This document shows, one piece after another, positions 1-12,082 of a stretch of 64,000 nt of DNA; position 1 is the first letter of the stretch; each line of letters starts with the position of its first letter. Both the position numbers and the translations under genes were made by a program. Where the stretch lies: the NCBI RefSeq assembly GCF_018977255.1, contig NW_024704743.1, forward strand, positions 93,684,001 to 93,748,000. The letters run 5' to 3'. Below the pieces are notes generated by a model, which saw only the letters and a list, made by a program, of their open reading frames with translations, made no database searches and was not told where the DNA came from. The stretch comes from Callorhinchus milii (Eukaryota).

Positions 1-548
1 ATGAGAATCATAAATTCTGCTGAAAAGGAGGAGGAAGTCAATCACCTCACGGTCAGAAGGAAACATGTCCCAGCAACCAGTTCGAAGAATGCTGAATATG
101 TTGGTGGAAAGGAAAAAGGCTAGATTTCTGTTTAGGAAGTTATATTTACAAAAGTAACTGGAAGCCCTGTTTACCATTAAGGTTGACAAACTATAAACAG
201 TTTTCTAACCATCAGCACAGCTTATGATGTAGGAATTTTGTTGATTCTTGTTTTGTTGAACTTCGATTACTCGGACTCAAAATTTCTCATGTCAGTAGGC
301 CTAAGACCTTTGTCATAACATTAGACATCATGCTGAATTGTAATAAACAATTCCAAACGTATTTGGAAGCCAAGGTTCCACAATCCTTTTTGTTATTGCA
401 GAAAATCATCATTCAAATTAGGATTAAATTTAACTATGTTTCCCCAAATTATGCATAATCTTAATTTCTAAGGCCTTCAGCCTTCAAACAAAAGAGTTTG
501 GGTCCAGCTGCCTAACCCTCAGTTTATCAGACTGTTTGTCTGTTTGCA

Positions 549-752
549 CTCTGGAACTCTCTCTCTCAAAAGGCTGTGGATGCTGGGGGATCAATTTAAA
601 TTTTCAAGACTGAGGTTGATAGATTTTTGTTAAGTAAGGATATCAAGGGATATGGAGCAAAGGCAGGTAAATGGACTTGAGGTACAGATCATGATTTAAT
701 AGAATGGTGGAACAGGTTCGTGGGTTTGAATATCCTACTCCTGTTCCTACAT
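549..752 (+). mobile_element. CR1-type LINE 3' fragment
   Basis: Encodes LWNSLSQKAVDAG..IFKTEVDRFLLSKDIKGYG, the CR1 ORF2 C-terminus, followed by a CR1-like 3' UTR ending cctactcctgttcct. Confidence 0.8.
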
Positions 753-1646
753 TGCTGTGTTCTACAGAAGTCCTATCTCTGTGACTCAACTGCTACTGTA
801 GATTTCCAGCTCATGCAGTCTGATATTGAAAAAATATATTACAGTAATAAAGATACATAAACACCTGGAATAGGTGTACTATTGTAAAAAAAAATAAGAT
901 AATAATTTCAAGATTTACGTCTTTGACCTGGCTTTCTCTCTCTTTCTCCCTCTGGCAGATTCCAGAACACAAAGACATCATCTACAAATTAAAGCTAAAC
1001 CTGTTAGCTGTAACATAAGATGATATTTCTTTATTGAGGGATTTGTGGGATTGTAGAATTCACTTCATCAAAGGACTGTTTATGCAGAGTCAGTGGGAGT
1101 GTTTGAGATTGAAGTAGATAAATACTAGACTAGTTTGGGTATCAAGGAGTATGGAGGAAAGACAGGCAAATGATATTGGATTATAGTTCAGGTATGATCT
1201 AAGAAAATAGCAGAGAAGGCTCAACAGGCCTAATGGTGAAATCCAGCTCAACACAACACAGGATAGCATCTTGAATAATGAAACAAAGGTGGGGATGGAT
1301 GCCAAATACATACACAGACATACAATCTCAACTGAGAACATTGCTCACTTTCCATTTTGTTTTTTGAGGAGATGATTGACCAGTGAACTTTCAAGTTCAT
1401 TGATATCTTGAAAGTATAGACTTGCCCTCAATCCTGTGAATTACAATCTAACTGATAGCATTGTCCTAGCTGAGCTGCAAGGGACCCTACCATTTCATTG
1501 TTATATTCTTATGATCCAAGTGATTATATAATTGTTAATTGGAAGGAAGAGATGAAATGAGCTGAAGGGCCTTCTTTATCCAAATTGCCTTTCTGTCTTG
1601 TGACAGATTGTTTATCAGTTTATCTGTGCCAAACATAGTACCTCTC

Positions 1647-2540
1647 ACAACAACAACAAAATTACATTTATAGAGCATCCCAAGGTGCTGGACAGTCAGG
1701 GGTCAGGACCCAAGCATGGGAGAGGGATGGGGTAGGGGTGAGAGAAGGCAGAGAGGTGGAGGGCGACTGAAGGCACAATCGAAGAGGAGGGTCTTGAGAC
1801 CGGCTTTGAAGGAGGCAAGGGAGTAAGCGAGGCGAAGGATCTGTGGGATGGAGTTCCAGAGTGTGAAAAGAGAGGCTGAAAGCTTGGCCACCAATGGTAG
1901 AGCGGGTCGCGGGGAGACATGGAGCAGGCCGGAGCCAGCCGAACGGAGGGAGCGGGCAGGTTGGTAGGGAGTCAGCAGGTCAGAGAGGTAGGAGGGGGCA
2001 AGGCCATGGGTGGCCTTGAAAGTGAGGACGAGGATCTTGAATTCGGTCCTCTGAGGGATGGGGAGCCACTGGAGTCAGGCGAGGGTGGGAGTGATGGGGT
2101 CACGGAGCCTGGTGAGCGAGAGTACATGAGCTGCAGAGTTTTGGATGATCTGCAGCTTGTGAAGGTAAAAGTTGGGAAGGCCGATGAGGAGGGAATTTCC
2201 ATAATCGAGACTTGATGTGACAAATGCATGGGTAAGGGTTTCGGCAGTCTGAGGGGTGAGGCAGTGGCGGAGTCTGGCAATGTTGTGGAGGTGTTGGTAG
2301 GCAGTGCTGGTCATGGCGCAGATGTGGGGGAGAAAGGACAGTTCAGGATCAAAAAAGACACCCAGGTTCCTGACTGGCTTAGTGAGGTTGAGTGTGCAGC
2401 TGTGGATGTTGATGCTGCCAGCCCCCGAGGTGCGGAGGCGCTGGCGCGAGCCAATCAAGAAAGTTTCAGTCTTGCTGACATTCAGCTGGAAAAAGTTGTC
2501 CCTCGTCCAGGATTTGATGTCGGACAGGCAGTCGGATGAC
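1647..2540 (-). mobile_element. L2 LINE, 5'-truncated
   Basis: ORFs 2075-2581 and 1703-1894 give L2 ORF2 C-terminal motifs ([58 protein letters not shown]). (CAA)n tail at 1647. Confidence 0.95.
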
Positions 2541-3584
2541 AAAGAATTATCAGTAGCGGGAACGTATTCATTGGTCTGCAAGGTGAAAATGTGCTGATTG
2601 GTAAAGTTTAAGGGATAACATGTAAATGCTAATTTATAGGTTCACACCTCAGTTTTAATGTGCTCTTTCAGCAAAATTGTAGTAGTTACAAAATCTTTAA
2701 TGAATGGAAGCCTTGCGTTCACTTAATGTGGAAGGTTGGCCTAATTTAAGCACAATGTTTCTGCCTTGGGTCTATCCTATATCCATTCTGTAGTCAGTAT
2801 CTTTGTCACACAAGCATCATGAGGTAAGATCATTCATATTCCATTGCTTACCCTCTGTACACCTGAGAACAGTGGAGTTTCCTTGTTAATAAATGATAGC
2901 TCATGTCAACACTGATGAATCATGAATGGAACCTTTCTCTCTTTCTAGCAAAATGATTCAAATCTCATACATTGAGCGGATTATGCTATGATGTCAGAAT
3001 CGTGTGTGTAAATTCTTCATTTTAAAGATTAAGTGAAAGTTATCTGGAGTTGATCTTAACTGTTACAATCCCAACAGCTGAGTGAAGAGCATGAGACATT
3101 TGAGCATCCTTGACATTTGTCAGGCAGACCTAAAAAATTAAGTTTTCATTTTGTTTCAAGCGATGCAGAATCTAACACAGTAACTATGGTCTGACCCATA
3201 CATGACCAGTGACCAGCACCATAGATGGTTGCAGTCATATGACATTATCTTGATTGGATTCAGAGACATCAAAGTCATAATTTATTCAATGTATGGTTTC
3301 ATTTCAGTTCCAGGCGAAAAGAAAAGGCCTATCAGCTGATTTATCACAAGCCCAATCAGAAGTAATATTTCTTCTCACTTGAGAGAATCTTTCCAAAGAA
3401 GAATGATTTAATTCTCAGCGGATATCTAGATGAAAAGAAAGTTATGGTTTTTGTTTAATTCCAACATATGAGTTTACTTTCAAAGATGGCAATGTTTAGC
3501 TAGAAATTAAGAACATAATTTAGCTCTTGTTTAGAAAAATCTAACTATTTATAGTTTCTCACATTAATAAATCATCTTATTGAT

Positions 3585-4681
3585 CAACAACAACAACAAG
3601 AAGATTACATCTTGTAATCATGGAGTCCTGTAGCTCAGTGGTTAGAGCACTCGCTTTGCAAGCGAGAGACCTGAGTTCAATTCCAGGCAGGGCGAAACCT
3701 TGGGCAAGTTTCCTTACTCCACACAGAGCCTAATAATAATCCATCCAAAACCAAAAACAATAATAAATTGGTTATTTTCAATCCACGACTGTTTGTGGGA
3801 CATTGCTGTGCGCAATTGGCTGCCGCGTTCGCCCACAAATATACAGTCAATTCACTTTACAGTGTGTTCTGTGAAGCGCTTTGGGACGTCCTCCCGACAT
3901 GAAAAGCGCTATATCAAATGCAAGGATTATTATTATTTGTATACCGCCTTTCACGTCGGGAGGACGTTCCAAGGTGCTGGACAGTGTACAGCATTTCAGA
4001 CCCGAGCTGGGGTCAGTGGGAGGAGAAGGGAGGGGAGGGGATGGGGGGATGGCCGATGGCATGTTCGAAGAGGAGGGTCTTGAGGTGGGACTTGAAGGAG
4101 GCTAAGGAGGGGGCGAGGTGGAGTGACTGGGGGATAGAATTCCAGATGTTGTGGGCAGAGTGGCTGAAGGCTCTCCTGCCAATGGTGGAGCGGGTGAGTC
4201 GGTGGACAGCTGAGCGGAGGGAACGGACGGGTTGGTATGGAGTTAGGAGGTCACAGAGGTAGGCTGGGGCGAGGCCATGGAGGGCTTTGTATGTGAGGAT
4301 CAGGATCTTGAACTGGATCCTTTGAAAGATAGGGAGCCAATGGAGTCGGGCGAGAATGGGGGAGTTGGGATCACGGAGTTTGGTGCAGGAGAAGACACGG
4401 GCTGCAGATTTCTAGATTATCTGCAGCCTGTGGAGGGAGGAGTTGGGAAGGCCGACAAGCAGGGCGTTTGCATAGTCAAGTCTGGAGGTGATGAAGGCAT
4501 GAACAAGAGTTTCAGCGGCCTGAGGGGTGAGGTAGTGGAGGAGTCGGGCGATGTTACGGAGGTGAGGGAAGGCAGAGCGGGTCATGGCTTGTATGTGGGG
4601 AAGAAAAGATAGTTGAGGGTCAAACAAGACACCTAGGTTCCTGACTGGCTTGGTGAGTTGTAGTGTGCAACCATGGAGGTT
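3585..4681 (-). mobile_element. L2 LINE 3' fragment, interrupted near its tail by a SINE
   Basis: Tail caacaacaacaacaagaagattacat (3585-3610) resumes as ttgtataccgcctttcacgtcggg at ~3938. ORF 4412-4627 reads FDPQLSFLPHI..SRLDYANALLVGLP. Confidence 0.92.
3622..3937 (+). mobile_element. Young tRNA-derived SINE, subfamily A (tRNA-Ala(TGC)-like head, L2-type 3' end)
   Basis: Box A TAGCTCAGTGG, anticodon-like arm CTCGC-TTTGCAA-GCGAG, box B GTTCAATTCC, (TTA)n tail. Near-identical copies at 26009, 47190, 50583 and 60834. Confidence 0.93.
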
Positions 4682-4937
4682 TGGCTTATGGAAAAGATTC
4701 AGGCTTTAAGTAGAAACCTGTACCATTATTTTCTTTATTTCGCTGGGGTCATAATAAATGCAGATCAGAAAACAAACAATCATGATAAACAAGTTATTAC
4801 TTTGCAATGATTTCAAATCTGACCACTAATTCTGTGAGGATGGACATAAACTCTAGATTACTGATTGCAAGATCACAGGAGAGATTTGGACAAAAAGAGC
4901 CCTTTAAAGAGTCAGCACAGACACAGCCGAATTACCC

Positions 4938-5506
4938 ATCCATGTGTTTGATACCTCCCGATTTGACTTTTCAAATGGCCTCTTTGCTGATCTCCCCAAC
5001 TCCACCATGCACAGGATCCAGCTGATCCAAAACTCCTCTGCCCAGGTACTCACCCGTAGTAAACTCCATACCCCCATTACATCAGTTCTAGCCAGGCTCC
5101 ACTGGCTCCCCATCACCAAACGGGTCGATTTCAAGATCCTCACACTCGTTTTCAAATCCCTTAATTCTCTGGCACCTCCCTACCTCTCCGACCTGCTTAG
5201 CCACAACCCACAACCCGCTGCCTCTGCTCAACTGGCTCTGGCTTTCTGCATGTCCTTGTGCCATCCGTTCCACCATTGGTGGCGGTGCTTTCAGCCACTA
5301 TACCCCAAATCTCTGGAACCCTCTTCTTCTATCCCTCCACCTTGTGCCTTCCTTCCCCATCTTCAGGTCATCTATAAAGACCTTCCTATTTGACCGCACC
5401 TGCAGTCACCCCCTCATATCTCCCTCCAGCTCAGTGTCGTGCTCCACCACTGCTACATGCTCTGGGACACTACCCTGCGTGAGGGGCTCCATATAAATGC
5501 AAGTTA
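4938..5506 (+). mobile_element. Older L2 LINE 3' fragment
   Basis: ORF 4944-5393 reads SRFDFSNGLFADLP..IQNSSAQVL..LHWLPI..DFKIL..APPYLSDLL. Ends atataaatgcaagtt. Confidence 0.9.
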
Positions 5507-5509
5507 TAC

Positions 5510-5645
5510 ATAATAATAATAATAATAATAATAATCCTTGCATTTGATATAGGGCTTTTCACGTCTTCTAGACGTTTGAAATCGTTTCACAGAATATGCT
5601 GTAAAGTGAATTGACTGTATATTTGTGGGCGAAACGCGGCAGCCT
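5510..5645 (-). mobile_element. SINE 3' fragment with (AAT)n tail
   Basis: (AAT)n followed by ccttgcatttgatatag, matching the reverse complement of the SINE 3' end. Lies tail-to-tail with the preceding L2. Confidence 0.85.
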
Positions 5646-6187
5646 ACATGTTCCAGTTCTTTACCAATTTCCACTTAATAGAAAGGAAATTAGGCAAGTT
5701 TGCCTGCCACAGTTCTAACCTAGGTCCTGGGTTTAACAGCGCTATTTGTAAAGGTTTGAGGATGGGCTACTGTTCAATGTTTTCTGTCCTGCAACAGTGT
5801 ATGACACAGTGAATAATACAGTGAATGAAATAGACAATGCTATATGAATTATAGAACTTTACAGCACAGAAACAGACCATTCAACCCAATAGGTTTTCCT
5901 TGAAATGAATCAAATCTAATCCCATTCTTCTCTTTGCTCTTCATCTTCTTTAGTATTCCTCTTTTTTAAGCGTTTCTTTTGCAGATGTTGAATAGGAGAG
6001 AATTATTCACAAAAATGACAGTAAGAATTTATTTGAGAATGGAAGAGAGATTGTGAAGAATTATCCTGAAGCGAAGAACCAAATGAACCTTTTTCCTCAG
6101 AAACATTAACAGACCAAAATCCATACCCCAGAATTATCTGAATTATATTTGGGCTTGTTAAAGATGCCCAATTAATAACAATATTAC

Positions 6188-6582
6188 TAATAAATAATAA
6201 TCCTTGCATTTGATATCATGCCTTATCATGACGTTGAGACGTCTCAAATCACTTTTCAGGATATATTATCAAGTGTGCATTTTGTGGGTGAAATGCAGCA
6301 GTCAGTTGCACATAGCAGTGTCCCACAAACAGCCATGGAGTGAGTGACCAATTTTTTTTTGGCACCAGGAGAAACTCCCTTCTCTTTTCAAATAGTGCAA
6401 TGGAATCTTTAACGTCCACCTAACGTCTCATCTGAAGAACGGTACCTCAGACAATGCAGCACACCCCCAGCATTGCATTGGAGTGTCATCTTATACTATG
6501 TGATTCCAAGTCCTGAATTCGGGCATGAACCCACACCCTTCTGACTCAAAGGTGAGAGTTCTACCACTGAGACAGGCTGACA
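6188..6582 (-). mobile_element. Deu-domain SINE (SacSINE1-like)
   Basis: Reverse complement shows a tgtcagcc..ctcagtggtag head, a Deu-like core (gaggtaccgttcttcagatgagacgtt..gtggacgttaaagattccattgcactatttg) and the shared SINE tail. Confidence 0.85.
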
Positions 6583-6624
6583 TCTAAATGGAAACAAGTA
6601 AATAGAACCATGTTGAAGAATGCA

Positions 6625-6822
6625 ATTTTGAGGGGACCTTATACAATTTTAAATGAGAATGAGAAAGTAAATCCAGAACATTGCTTTTTGGACACCAGAA
6701 CAAGAGAACACGGATTTAAGGTTGCAAAGAACAGTTTCAGGACAGGCAGCAGGCTATACTTCTTTCCCTCGACAGTATTTAATAACTAGAACAGGTTAAC
6801 AGGAAGGATGCTTGAGGCCAGG
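6625..6822 (+). mobile_element. Decayed CR1 fragment
   Basis: Remnant of GDL..YKI..KVNP..TRTR.H.FK motifs. Similar pieces at ~31800-32070, 40020-40550 and 61235-61550. Confidence 0.6.
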
Positions 6823-6827
6823 ACACA

Positions 6828-6995
6828 AATACAATACAATACAAAATTACATTTGTATAGTGCCTTTCATGTCAGGAGGACATCCCAAGGTGCTGGACAG
6901 TCAGGGATTTGGACCCGAGCTAGGGATCGGGATCAGGGCGGGTGAAAGGCAGGGAGGGTGGCCAAAGGCGTGGTTCAGGAGGAAAGTTTTGAGAA
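6828..6995 (-). mobile_element. L2 3' tip
   Basis: attacatttgtatagtgcctttcatgtcaggaggacatcccaagg matches the L2 3' terminal stem-loop of other copies. Confidence 0.85.
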
Positions 6996-7282
6996 GCATA
7001 TCATTTTTTTAAAAATTGCTTGTGATGTGATGGCAGGATGTTAGGGATGATTTTCTTGAAGGATCAAACAGACCAAAGGATTTCACCATCCAAACCGATC
7101 TTGTGGTGTTTCTGAAAGCTAATGGAACATCTATCAATCTAATTGCAGTTTCATGCAGGTACCAGTATCTGGTAAAGAAATAATATAGGAAAATGCAATA
7201 TCTGCACTGGAGAAGAGAAAAAACATGGGACAATATCTAAATGTTAGGAGATCTGGTATTCCAGCAGAAAATGTGTACATTA

Positions 7283-8360
7283 CAACAACAACAACTTGCA
7301 CGCAGGGTAGCATCTCAGAGAGCTTAACAGAGCCTAACTCCGAGCCGGGGGGGGGGGGGGGGGGAGGTGGTCATAAGCACAGTCAAAGAGGAAGGTTTTC
7401 AGGAAGGGCTTAAAAAAAGGGAAAGAGGGGGCAAGGTGGAAGAATTGAGGGAGTGTTTCAGAGTTTGGGGGCACAGTGGCTGAGAGCACAACCTCCGATG
7501 GTGGGGCAGAGGGTGTGAGGGATGAGCAGGAGGCGAGTGCCAGTCGAGCGGAGACGCCGGGTGATGAATTGGGGAGTGAGGAGGTCGGAGAGATACAGAG
7601 GTGCCAGAGAGTGAAGGGATTTGAATGTGAGGATCTTGAAGTCAATCCATTCGGTGATGCCAGAGCCAGAGCTAGTGAGATGTGGGTACGCGGTTTGGTC
7701 CAGGTAAGTACGCGGGCGGCAGAGTTTTGAATAAGCTGGATCTTTTGAGTAGTGGAGCTATGGATTGTATGCGGGGGAGGAAGGACAGCTGAGGGTCGAA
7801 CCAGATGCCTAGATTGTACACTGGTTCGGTGAGTATGTGGGAGATCCCAGGGAGATTGAGGAGTTCAGATCCGCAGGAGTGAAGACGTTGACGGGAGCCA
7901 AAGAGTATTGCTTCCGTCTTAAGACGTTCACATTCAGCTGCAGGAAGTTTGCACTCATCCAGCCCTGATGTCTGCCAGACAAGCTGATAGAACATCAGCA
8001 GACCTAGAGTTGGGACTGGAGGAGGCAAAGTAGCTTTGTGTGTCATCCGTATAAATGTGGAAGTTTACTCCATGTCTGCGGATGACATTGCCAGAGGGAG
8101 CATACAGATAAGAAAAAGAAGAGGGTCAAGGATGGAGCCGGGCGGGGTGACTGGGCGAGGCTAGTAGGAGAAATGGAAGCATTTGGTTAAGTAGGACTCA
8201 AACCACGCAAGTGGGGTCCCTCTAAGGTGGATGAGGGAGGAGAGGCGGTGGAGGACGATGGGGTGGTCGACTGTGTCGAACGCGGCAAAGAGATCCAGGA
8301 GGATGAGGAGGCAGAGGAAGCCCTTGTCACAGATAGAAGCAGAGGGAGCCCTGGTCAGAT
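7283..8360 (-). mobile_element. L2 LINE with partial RT, decayed
   Basis: ORF 8161-8379 reads [35 protein letters not shown] 7672-8046 has NLGIWFDPQLSF. (CAA)n tail at 7283; poly-G at 7347-7364. Confidence 0.92.
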
Positions 8361-8466
8361 ACATTAATGTTGCAGACAATGGGGGATTTTAAGGGGTACA
8401 GATTAAGGATCGCTCAATGTTTAAATTAGGTTGGAAGAGTGAAGAACTTCATCAGTAATTAGCATC

Positions 8467-8540
8467 TGTGCAGCGCCTTGGGACGTCCTCCTGACGTGAA
8501 AGGCGCTTTATAAATGGAATCTTGTTGTTGTTGTTGTTGT
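8467..8540 (+). mobile_element. L2 3' tip with (TTG)n tail
   Basis: cagcgccttgggacgtcctcctgacgtgaaaggcgctttataaatggaatc(ttg)n, identical to 42401-42470. Confidence 0.9.
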
Positions 8541-8803
8541 CTGTTAGGTAAACATTTATATCATTTAATTTTAATAAGTTTACTAAGGGGTTTTAATGTT
8601 TCCTTGACACCTCATGGATACTGCATTTGTGGGTTGAAAAGAAATCATGATAATACAAGTGTAATAATGGAGAACTAAGCCAGGTTGGCTGTTTTTCAGC
8701 TTTTTTAGCTGTGTTTTTTAGCTGTTTCATTGCAGAAAGATTTCTGTCACCAAACACACCAGAGATCTGAATTCCCTCATTAACCTAGCTTAAAGATAGT
8801 TGT

Positions 8804-9228
8804 GTATCAGCCTGACTCAGTTGGCAGCACTCTTACCTCTGAGTCAGAAGGTTGTGCTTTCAAGACCCACATCAAGGCTTTAACCTCATATAAGCTAACT
8901 CTCCAATGAGTGCTGGGTAGTGCTGCACTGTTGGAAGTGCCATCCTTCAGAGGAGACATTAGATCGAGGTCCTGTCTGCCTATTCAAGTGGATTTTAAAG
9001 ATCCCATGGCACTGTTTGAAAAGAGAAGGGAATTTCTGTGGAAATTGGTCATTCATTTCATGGCTGTTTATGAGAATTGCCATGGACAGATTAGCTGCCA
9101 AATTTGCCTACAAAATGTACAGTCATAGCACTTCACATTTTACCCTGTGAAGCACTTTAAGATGTTTGCCTGAAGTGAAAGTCTATGTGACAAATGTAAG
9201 ATTGTTATTATTATTAATAATAATAATA
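8804..9228 (+). mobile_element. Deu-domain SINE (SacSINE1-like), near full length
   Basis: Head tcagcctgactcagttggcagcactcttacctctgagtcagaagg, Deu-like core gtgctgcactgttggaagtgccatccttcag..aaagatcccatggcactg, (TTA)n tail. Confidence 0.88.
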
Positions 9229-9862
9229 ACTTTCTTACAATTTGAGATTGTGCAGATTTTTTTCAAAAATTGTTAAGATCAGTCTTGATGCTGAAGATAT
9301 TTTTCAACAGAAAGTACTGGGAACAAACAAATTTCAAATTAAGAATACATTTTAAGAACTTTCAAACTTCTATGCAATCTTAAATTTTTAATGCAATGGT
9401 GTTAAGGCTAAGACAATGAGAAATTTCACATCTCGCAGTGTTGAACATCAGTGGAATTAATCCCTCTTCACTCTCAGAAAACCCACCAGTGCAAATGACA
9501 GAAAAAATCATGACATTTTGCTCCCCCCACCACACCTCCCTTCCCATGGATCAAGCATCATTATACATGACTAAACATGCATTTGATCAACAATTCAGTC
9601 AACAATTGCAGTAAAATACTTTGCCTGGGTGGGAACAAGACTTTTTTTTAAAAAGGTCAATGAAATAAAATGCTTACTGCCACTGAAAGGCTCTGAATAA
9701 GTAATCAATGCTCTAAGAACAGCCAGTGACAAAACATGTTCAGCTGAGAGCGTTTATTGACAGGTGATCTGCTTCTAGCATTCCTAAAGAAAGCTGCAAA
9801 CGTATACTATATTTGTTTTAAGTCACTAAAGAAGACCTTTGTCTAGACATGAATCTTCATAC

Positions 9863-9931
9863 CTGTTTCACCTCATTTAGGTCACCTATTCGTACTGAGA
9901 TTCTCTGGATACAGAGTTCTGATTGGGCAGG
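9863..9931 (-). CDS. Candidate internal coding exon (PAQSELCIQRISVRIGDLNEVKQ), gene unknown
   Basis: Minus-strand acceptor ctttgtttcctgcag and donor CAG|gtatga. 69 nt, phase 0-0, only one of three frames open, unique sequence. No homology recognised. Confidence 0.4.
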
Positions 9932-10865
9932 CTGCAGGAAACAAAGCATTCTCAGTATGATAGCAGCCCAAGGCAATCTGCCGCACTGTGTAAAATGTTA
10001 ACTCAGCTGACATGCCGAAACACAGCAAAGACCTTCAACTGAACTATGGTACAAATCTGGGATATCACATGGTTTCAACACAGCTGCTAAATACGAGTGG
10101 AAATGAAGCATGGAAAGAGAAAGTCACTGAGCCACGAGATTCAAGTATCCAATACATTCAGTCACTGCACTTTGGTTCAGACTAATCAGAGGGCAATCCA
10201 GTGCTATGTGCAATGAGAGTTATTTGTTCATTTATTCTTGCAGAATTTATGCTGACAAAATATCTGTAACATGTTGAACTTGTTTGTATCTCAGTCCTGA
10301 CCACAAGATTCCATGCATTTGTCAAGAATTTGAACTGATTACTAAGGCTTGCAAGTATATTTGTTCCCTATTGGAAATCAAAAGTTGTCCAACTCTCCTA
10401 ACTTTGTTTTGTTGAACCTCATGTTTCCTGGGAGCCATAAATTATATGCATTACTGTAGTGTTATATTGTATTAATAATATTTTAACTGAAGCACAAAGG
10501 GAAAATAGAACACACATTTTGTTCCAGACATGAAGCGAACGTCATCAATCATGAGTAACAGTCACAAGTGATTTAACTTATAAAGACCTTTCTCACAAAC
10601 ACGATGAAACAGATGTTCCACTGTTTCCTATTGGATCTTCTGTTTATAATAGCTGCAAGTATTTGGATACATAAACTGGATTTTTAAGGTCAATTTTAAG
10701 TGACTTTAAATAGTGAAAAGACAGTTAAATGGCTCTATGAAGTTATAAGGAAGTAGCTCTGAAAACAGAGTAATTGTTTGACATTATAAAGAAAGTGATA
10801 TCTGCAGAGAACAATGTAACATGTAGAAGGAGAATACCCAAAAGATGGCAATACATTCTGACAAG

Positions 10866-11035
10866 CATTAGGCTCCTCTCTCGACTCCCTACCCCCTCCT
10901 CGCTCCCTCGCTTCCCTCCCCTCATCCTGACCATTTCCCCCTGCTTGTGTCCTGACCCAACCTTCCAGCGCCTTGGGACGTCCTCCCGACATGAAAGGCG
11001 CTCTATAAATGGAATCTTGTTGTTGTTATTGTTGT
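10866..11035 (+). mobile_element. L2 3' UTR fragment
   Basis: Pyrimidine-rich 3' UTR, terminal stem-loop and (TTG)n tail, matching the 32688 element. Confidence 0.9.
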
Positions 11036-11689
11036 AGGCGCAATGCCTTTGACCATGTCAACCACTAATATGACTTCCCATTTTAACCATACTTCTCCAA
11101 AAGCTCAATGTGCAATACTACCAAGAAATGTCACACCCAAGAGAATCCAAGACTCTTACAATACAGAAATTCCCACATAGCCCATCAAATCTGCACTGAT
11201 GTTTTCCTCCATGAGTCAGTCTAATCCCACCTTCCTGTTCACTCCTCATTACCTTGAAGAGTGGGATGCTTGAATTATTACACGAGAGAAGACTGTTGTA
11301 ATGAATGAGCTTGTGACTTTGTTAAAGCTGTTAAACTGCCTCATTTTCTTTGAATATAAGTCTTTCTCTAGAGTCAACAAGCATTGTAAAATGATTGATT
11401 CTCATGGCTTTAGATCTCCCAACACTTAATTATGAGTTGAATCTCACATTGGCTCTTCATACAGCCAAACAGACTCGACAGTGAAAAGTGTCAGGACCGA
11501 ACTATTTGTTCAATTCAATCTTATTTTAGAAGCCAGTAAGTCTTTCTTAACAACTGCGGACACCTGATTTGAAAATTATAAATGGATTTAAGATTTTTCC
11601 AAATTCTGCCCAATGTTAAACTTTCAGGCAATTATTTTAAGGTTAAAACCACTAGAAATGGTGTAAGATCAAAACAAATAAAGGCATGG

Positions 11690-12082
11690 ATGGTTGAATG
11701 GTTAGGCTCTCACATTGAGTCAAAAGCTTAACTCAAATAGTCTTGACTGACACACGAATGTAGCTCTGGCAGTGCACTACATTGCTGAAAGTACTGTCTT
11801 TCGAATAACTTGTTAAACAACGGAGATGTTAAAGCTGTTCAGGTGGATGTTAAAGATCTCATGCACTATTTGAAAAAAGAGAAGGGAATTTCTCCCAGTG
11901 TCCTTGCCAACTATCCCCCAGAAAAAAATGCTCACATCAGGGCTATCTGTGGGACATTGCTGTCCCACATTTGCTTGCAAAACACACTTTACAGTGTGGA
12001 TTCACTTTACAGTGAATCCTGTGAATCGTTTTAGGACATCTTCCCGATATGAAATGTGTTATACCAAATGGAAGGATTATAA
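11690..12082 (+). mobile_element. Deu-domain SINE, decayed
   Basis: gctgttcaggtggatgttaaagatctcatgcactatttg core and SINE tail. Confidence 0.8.

Noticed and set aside
1..123. Plus-strand ORF MRIINSAEKEEE..KEKG*
   Set aside because: Short, at the window edge and unrecognised. Its purine richness is equally explained by minus-strand polypyrimidine tracts.
3622..3695. tRNA-Ala(TGC)-like gene (also 26255-26327, 47190, 50830, 60834; Val-like at 35583)
   Set aside because: No paired acceptor stem, and each copy continues into an identical SINE body and tail. These are SINE heads.
3700..4083. Recurring MGKFPYST.. ORFs (3700, 26049, 47268) as a gene family
   Set aside because: They are translations of SINE subfamily A copies.
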